Shown piece by piece: positions 59,191 through 64,000 of a DNA stretch of 64,000 bases. The position numbers and the translations under genes were made by a program. Source of the DNA: Arenicellales bacterium (GTDB lineage Bacteria > Pseudomonadota > Gammaproteobacteria > Arenicellales > CBDCFT01); assembly GCA_965216365.1 (NCBI GenBank), contig CBDCFT010000070.1, positions 92,779 to 156,778 of the forward strand, given 5' to 3'. Numbering within the stretch: position 1 is the stretch's first letter; the number at the start of each line of letters is the position of its first letter. The notes under the pieces are model-generated. The model searched no databases. It saw nothing but the letters and a program-made list of their open reading frames with translations, and had not been told where the DNA came from.

Positions 59191-60336
59191 GTGGAGCGTA
59201 ACGAGTTCTTAGAGGGTATGAGTCACGCTGCGTGTACGGTTTCGGTAATAACGACCGATGGCGTACAGGGTCGTGCCGGGCTAACGGTTAGTGCGATGTG
59301 TTCTGTATCTGCCGATCCACCCTCATTGTTGGTGTGTGTACACCATCAGAGTAAAGCCTGCGAAGCGTTGATTAAAAATGGTGTACTGTGTCTGAATGTG
59401 TTGCGCGATGATCAGTCGGACATCTCGGATACTTTTGCTGGTCGCATGAAAGCGCCTGATGAGGATCGGTTTTCCTGTGGAGACTGGGCACGTTTGACTA
59501 CAGGAGCGCCCGCGCTGAAAGGGGCGCTGGTTAGCTTTGATTGCCTGATCAGCGAACATTTTCAGTTTGGATCACACTATATTTTTATCGGCGAGGTCAA
59601 AGACATTTGCTATCGTAAAAGCGGACGTGCATTAGTCTACGCCAATCGTGCTTACGGTCGTTTGCTCGAGCTTGACAGTTTTATCGCAACATCCAAGGCA
59701 GAAAATGAACGCCAATGTTTACGTCTTGGCTGCTTTGTTACTTTAGGGCCATTCTTTCTGCCACGCCTGATCGCGGATTTTTCGCGAAAACACAGCGCTG
59801 TTTTCCAGTTGTTCGAGGGCACGCAAAAACAGCTTCTCCGCGGCCTGCAGAACAACGATTTTGACATTGCCTTAATGTACGATTTCAATATAAGTGACTT
59901 TGTATCTACACATTCGCTCGCAAAGGTTTTACCTCACGTTTTGTTGCCAGCAGCTCATCCATTGGCACAATCGACACAAATTTCACTACATGAACTCGCG
60001 AACGAACCTATGGTATTACTGGATATTCCCCCCAGCCGAGATTACTTCTGTTCTTTGTTTGAGGAAATAGGAATCATGCCGCACATCGCATTTCGTTCGC
60101 CCTCTTTCGAGATGGTGCGTGGCATGGTCGGCAATGGCTTAGGATATACGTTATTGGTTTCAAAACCAGCAAACAGTATGAGTTATGATGGTTCGGCTTT
60201 GGTGTCGCGACCAATCAAAGAGAACACCATGCCCGGTCACATTGTGCTGGCGCACAGAAAAGATGGCGTCTTATCGGAGTTGCATGACCATTTTATATCT
60301 CACTGTTCCACATTTTTTTCGCAATGGCGCAACTAA
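59191..60336 (+). CDS. Flavin reductase (HpaC-like) fused to a LysR effector-binding domain, no HTH
   Basis: GLTVSAMCSVSADPPSLLVC and GSHYIFIG, then LRLGCF, PMVLLDIPPSRDYF and RSPSFE in one open frame; GGAG RBS before GTG 59191. Confidence 0.85.
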   Translation: MERNEFLEGMSHAACTVSVITTDGVQGRAGLTVSAMCSVSADPPSLLVCVHHQSKACEALIKNGVLCLNVLRDDQSDISDTFAGRMKAPDEDRFSCGDWARLTTGAPALKGALVSFDCLISEHFQFGSHYIFIGEVKDICYRKSGRALVYANRAYGRLLELDSFIATSKAENERQCLRLGCFVTLGPFFLPRLIADFSRKHSAVFQLFEGTQKQLLRGLQNNDFDIALMYDFNISDFVSTHSLAKVLPHVLLPAAHPLAQSTQISLHELANEPMVLLDIPPSRDYFCSLFEEIGIMPHIAFRSPSFEMVRGMVGNGLGYTLLVSKPANSMSYDGSALVSRPIKENTMPGHIVLAHRKDGVLSELHDHFISHCSTFFSQWRN

Positions 60337-60640
60337 GGATAGGGGTGCCGAGAATGTTCGCGTAGTGTACCTGATCGGAATTAAGTTGGACTTGAAGGCG
60401 TAGTTGAATAAGGGAGAGACACTATGCAATACCACCACATTCTGTTATGCAGTGTGTACGTCGTCAAAATTATTTGGGTTAATGGGGATTTTGAATTACA
60501 AGATAGTTCAGTTCATCGGGTTAGAGTTAGTTGGTTATCGTAATACAATGGTTCGATCACAAGCCCTGTAAAAATAACGCTAAATATTTTCTCCACAGAT
60601 GTAGTAAGCTTGCAAACCCAATCGATGGGGGTGTTTATTT

Positions 60641-61243
60641 ATGAGTTCCTCGAACAAAGTCATTGGAATTGTTGGTAGTTACCGAAAAGATGGTATCGTA
60701 GATCAAGCGATCACCGAGGTGCTAGATGCGGCCGCACTTGAAGGAGCAAGTACAAAAAAGTTTTACCTGATCGATAAGCGCATCGAGTTTTGTACAAATT
60801 GCCGTGCGTGCATGCAGGTAGCAGGTTCAGACAGAGGCAAATGTGTTCTCGAGGATGATATGGAAGTCATGCTTCAAGAAATAGAAAGTGCTACGAGTAT
60901 TGTATTAGGATCGCCAGTGAATTTCGGAAACGTAACGGCCGTTATGCGTATGTTTATGGAACGGTGCGTTGGTTATGCCTACTGGCCATGGGAACGCACC
61001 GAGCCAGAGATCAGGGACCCAAAGATCCACAAGAAGGCTGTGCTTGTCTCTGCAAGCGGTGCGCCAGCGCGAAGGCGCAGAACTTTTCGAGAAGCAACCC
61101 ATGCGCTGAAATATTTAACCTGGCTTCTGGGCGCACACCCCATTGGATTTCTTTGGGCGCATAACATAAACAAAGAAGATATGAGGTTGCCTGACAAGGT
61201 CGTTCGAAAGGCAAAAAGGCTAGGACGGAAGCTGGCAACTTAG
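60641..61243 (+). CDS. Flavodoxin-like iron-sulfur flavoprotein / NADPH-dependent FMN reductase family
   Basis: GSYRKDG, CxxCxxC...C, GSPVNFG. Confidence 0.85.
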   Translation: MSSSNKVIGIVGSYRKDGIVDQAITEVLDAAALEGASTKKFYLIDKRIEFCTNCRACMQVAGSDRGKCVLEDDMEVMLQEIESATSIVLGSPVNFGNVTAVMRMFMERCVGYAYWPWERTEPEIRDPKIHKKAVLVSASGAPARRRRTFREATHALKYLTWLLGAHPIGFLWAHNINKEDMRLPDKVVRKAKRLGRKLAT

Positions 61244-61329
61244 AATATGTTTGTTCATCTACCAAGCGAGTTGCGTGACATAGAAAGTCCGTCTGGTTAA
61301 TGCTTAACCTTACTAGCGTGAACTCACAT

Positions 61330-62210
61330 TTATTCCGGATCGTTCGGTTCGAACACTCGTACCTGCGCCGGTTTTGTGGCTGACACCGCCGCTCGTTTCA
61401 TGCCTTGTGAGTTAAAAGGCATGACGAAATGACCTGATTTGTCGATTGCGATAAGGCCTCCATCCCCTCCAAGTTGTTTTACTTGCGCTAGTGTCGCCTG
61501 CGCCGCCGATTCAAGCGATGCATCGCCGTAACGCACGTGGGCGGCAACATCGTATGCCGCGTTGGTTCTGATAAACGCTTCGCCAATGCCGGTACAGGAT
61601 ACGGCGACCAGATCGTCCGCCCATGTACCTGCACCAATCAGGGGAGTGTCGCCTACGCGGCCGGGTCGTTTGTTGAACGTGCCGCCGGTAGACGTTGCTG
61701 CGGCAAGTCTGCCGTTTGTATCCAGCGCAACAGCGCCGACGGTGCCGTGGCCGGCCGCAGACTCGCCTGAACCGTGATCTTTATGTTCAATATAATAAGT
61801 GTCTGCATTAGTTACCGCATCCAGACCATTGGCCAGCGCGAAATCCGGGCGCCTTGAGCGGTCAGCATAACGTGCCTGCCATCTTCCAATACGCAAAGCG
61901 CGGCTTTTACCGGATTCACGATATTACACACTGCGGATACCGCACCGGCTTTGCGTGTACTGCCGTCCATGATGCTCGCGTCGAGTTCCACGATGCCGTC
62001 GGTATTAGGTGCTGACCCTTTGCCCGCGACATACAGGCCTGAAACCTCCATCGCAGCAACCATCTCAGTAACAGTTTCCAACGCGCTCTGACCGGACTTC
62101 AACATTTGTTCTCCATTAGAGATTAGTTCAGCCAAGTGTTGGCGTTGTTGCGCGTAGTCGATGTGAGGCTGGGCGCCCGCGCCGCCGTGAATTGCCAGAG
62201 TGTAAGTCAT
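61330..62210 (-). pseudogene. iaaA: Isoaspartyl peptidase/L-asparaginase with one -1 frameshift near 61847 (probably an error)
   Basis: AIHGGAG, ELDASIMDG / GTVGAVA, ATSTGG, GRVGDTP, SCTGIGE. Confidence 0.85.
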
Positions 62211-62317
62211 CGTCAGTGTAATGGATTTGCAGCGTGCGGAAACCACACCGATTTTAGAAGAAGAAAGCGATTGCAGCGTTTTGCTATGGACGTCATTGCG
62301 AGTATTTTCCAGTACTC

Positions 62318-63449
62318 TTACTCAGGCCCATTAAACGAGGCTGTGCTACTAAAGCACTTATTTGTCTCACTAGCGGATTTAGGAAAAATGCTCACGGACG
62401 AATTTGTAACCGCGCCGGTTTGTGAAATAAAAGAATTGTTTTCGAGACATCGTACTATCTCATAAAGATAGTCTTTGCCAAAATCGATTATGTCGTCAAA
62501 AGTTGAAACAGTAGATGTCACATTCGAATTGAGCAAAGCCGTTCCCGTTTGCGGATTGAATTGATCGCCTTGTTTCAAGTAATGATTTTCTACGTTGGTA
62601 ATTCTCCAGTTATTCTCGTGATCGACACTTGATGTGGCATCCAGTAAATCCACGATGTAGACCCCGTTAACGCCATAAACCGTCAACACCGGTTTGCCCG
62701 GTTCGCTTTCTTCCATGACCAGGCTAGTGTCTTCATCGATGCCAAAACCAAATCTTGATTTAGTATCCGATGCCAGACGAATCAAACGGCCCTGCCTGGG
62801 TACGTGCGCTAAGGTGGGTATCCAATATTCCGTGGGGAAAGAATCCAAAACCACCATGCGGGTTATAGGTCAGCCTACCGGGTTCGAGATTGTGCGCGAA
62901 AGGAACAGAGCCGTACAAAATGGATTTATGAGGCCAGCCGCCCGTAACCATTACGTGCGGAGTTCCAGACATAATTACCGCGCCTGCACTGGTTCCGCCA
63001 ATTGGCATTCCCAGCTCATGTTTTTTCCGGATCAATTTTAGTGCTTTGGAGTCTTTTCCTTCTTTATTCGTCAGCAATCTATATAAAAGCGATTGATCGC
63101 CACCGCCAAAAAAAATTCCGGTTAGGGGTCTGAGTTGCGCAAGAATTTCTTCGTTTTCAGCCGCATCAGGGTTATTAACATGAATTCCAATCCACTCCGC
63201 ACGAACACCGTACTGCGCAAAGGTTTCGATATAAGATTGTTGGGTCTTGTAGTAGTTTTCTCTCGAAGCTGCGGTAATAACTCCAACTCGCGCGTTATTG
63301 CCGCCAGCGAGACTGATAAATTTGCCGTATATCTCGTTGTTGTCGTCGCTCAGATTCCCGCCAACAAGTACTAAAGACCCTGACGCAGCGCACGACAGTG
63401 AGGCTAAGCAAAAAGTCAGTGTTGTGAAAAATTTAACCAGGTGTTTGAT
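62318..63449 (-). pseudogene. Probably secreted cyanophycinase (CphE-like) with a +1 frameshift near 62799; start codon unclear
   Basis: Signal-like KHLVKFFTTLTFCLASLSCAA; LVLVGG, FFGGGDQS, GGTSAGA, DTH / RQGRL, GIDEDT. Confidence 0.75.
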
Positions 63450-63571
63450 AGTGTTGATTTCGGTTTCTAGGGAATAAATTTTGATACTTGTTTTGCGCAG
63501 GTCATACCTAATAATTGAAAAAAGCCCAATCAGGTTTGTCCATTGAAGGTTAAATAGATCGCCTGAAGTTT

Positions 63572-64000
63572 TTACGTCTCCCGAATACTCCAATCCAGTC
63601 CCAATTTTGGCATTAGTTTCATAAAAGGGTCGGGGTCCAGTTCTTCGACGTTAGCCAGTCGGAGGACGTTCCAATCGCCTCTGGCTACGAGAATCGCGGC
63701 CGTCACCAATGGCACAGCGGTCGTATACGAAATGGCTTGGGAACCTATATCTTTGTAACACTCGGCGTGATCACAAAGAGTATAGATAAAGATCTCCTTT
63801 TCCTTTCCGTCTTGAGAGCCTTTCACAAGACAGCCGATACAAACCATACCGGAATAATCCTTGGCAAGAGTTGGCGGGTCTGGTAACACCGCTTTCAACA
63901 GTTTGATGGGCACCACAGGCTTGCCTTGCACTTGTACCGGCTCGCTTGATAAAAGACCAAGTTCTTTCAATACGTTGAAACAGTTAATGTATTGATCGTT
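63572..64000 (-). CDS. Carboxynorspermidine dehydrogenase / saccharopine dehydrogenase family, C-terminal part (runs off the window)
   Basis: LKAVLPDP, CIGCLVKG, SQAISYTTAVP, NVEELDPDPFM. Confidence 0.85.
   Translation of the reverse strand, partial: NDQYINCFNVLKELGLLSSEPVQVQGKPVVPIKLLKAVLPDPPTLAKDYSGMVCIGCLVKGSQDGKEKEIFIYTLCDHAECYKDIGSQAISYTTAVPLVTAAILVARGDWNVLRLANVEELDPDPFMKLMPKLGLDWSIRET

Noticed and set aside
40500-62810. Programmed frameshifting or phase variation in the split genes
   Set aside because: No slippery heptamers or long homopolymers; multiple shifts per gene fit sequencing error better
261-63374. Numerous 60-190 aa ORFs overlapping longer genes
   Set aside because: Antisense or alternate-frame shadows with no motifs, except those reassigned as frameshift fragments
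1-64000. CRISPR arrays, tRNA, rRNA, IS transposases, prophage genes
   Set aside because: No regularly spaced repeats, cloverleaf or rRNA signatures, or transposase/integrase/phage ORFs were recognised

Overview
A 64 kb window of bacterial chromosome, probably from a marine heterotrophic gammaproteobacterium (inferred from gene content). It is densely packed with small-molecule catabolism genes: TctABC and DAACS transporters, an orphan family-5 ABC solute-binding protein, three Rieske oxygenases, two PhyH and one BBOX/TauD dioxygenase, tandem enolase-superfamily racemases, DmdA-like and BetA-like enzymes, two ThDP enzymes and a DgcA/DgcN-like pair. The right third holds a cyanophycin locus: cphB, cphA and a CphA paralogue that keeps the N and Mur-ligase modules but lacks the ATP-grasp core. 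A ~5.5 kb block follows (LysR, HpaB-type monooxygenase, RidA, Rieske oxygenase, and a flavin reductase fused to an HTH-less LysR effector domain). After it come an isoaspartyl peptidase and a probably secreted cyanophycinase. No rRNA, tRNA, CRISPR array or transposase was seen; two REP-like palindromes were. Six genes beyond 40 kb carry single-base indels, most likely sequencing errors, and two real gene remnants lie at 45.3-46.6 kb. All calls come from motif recognition by eye; no database search was run.
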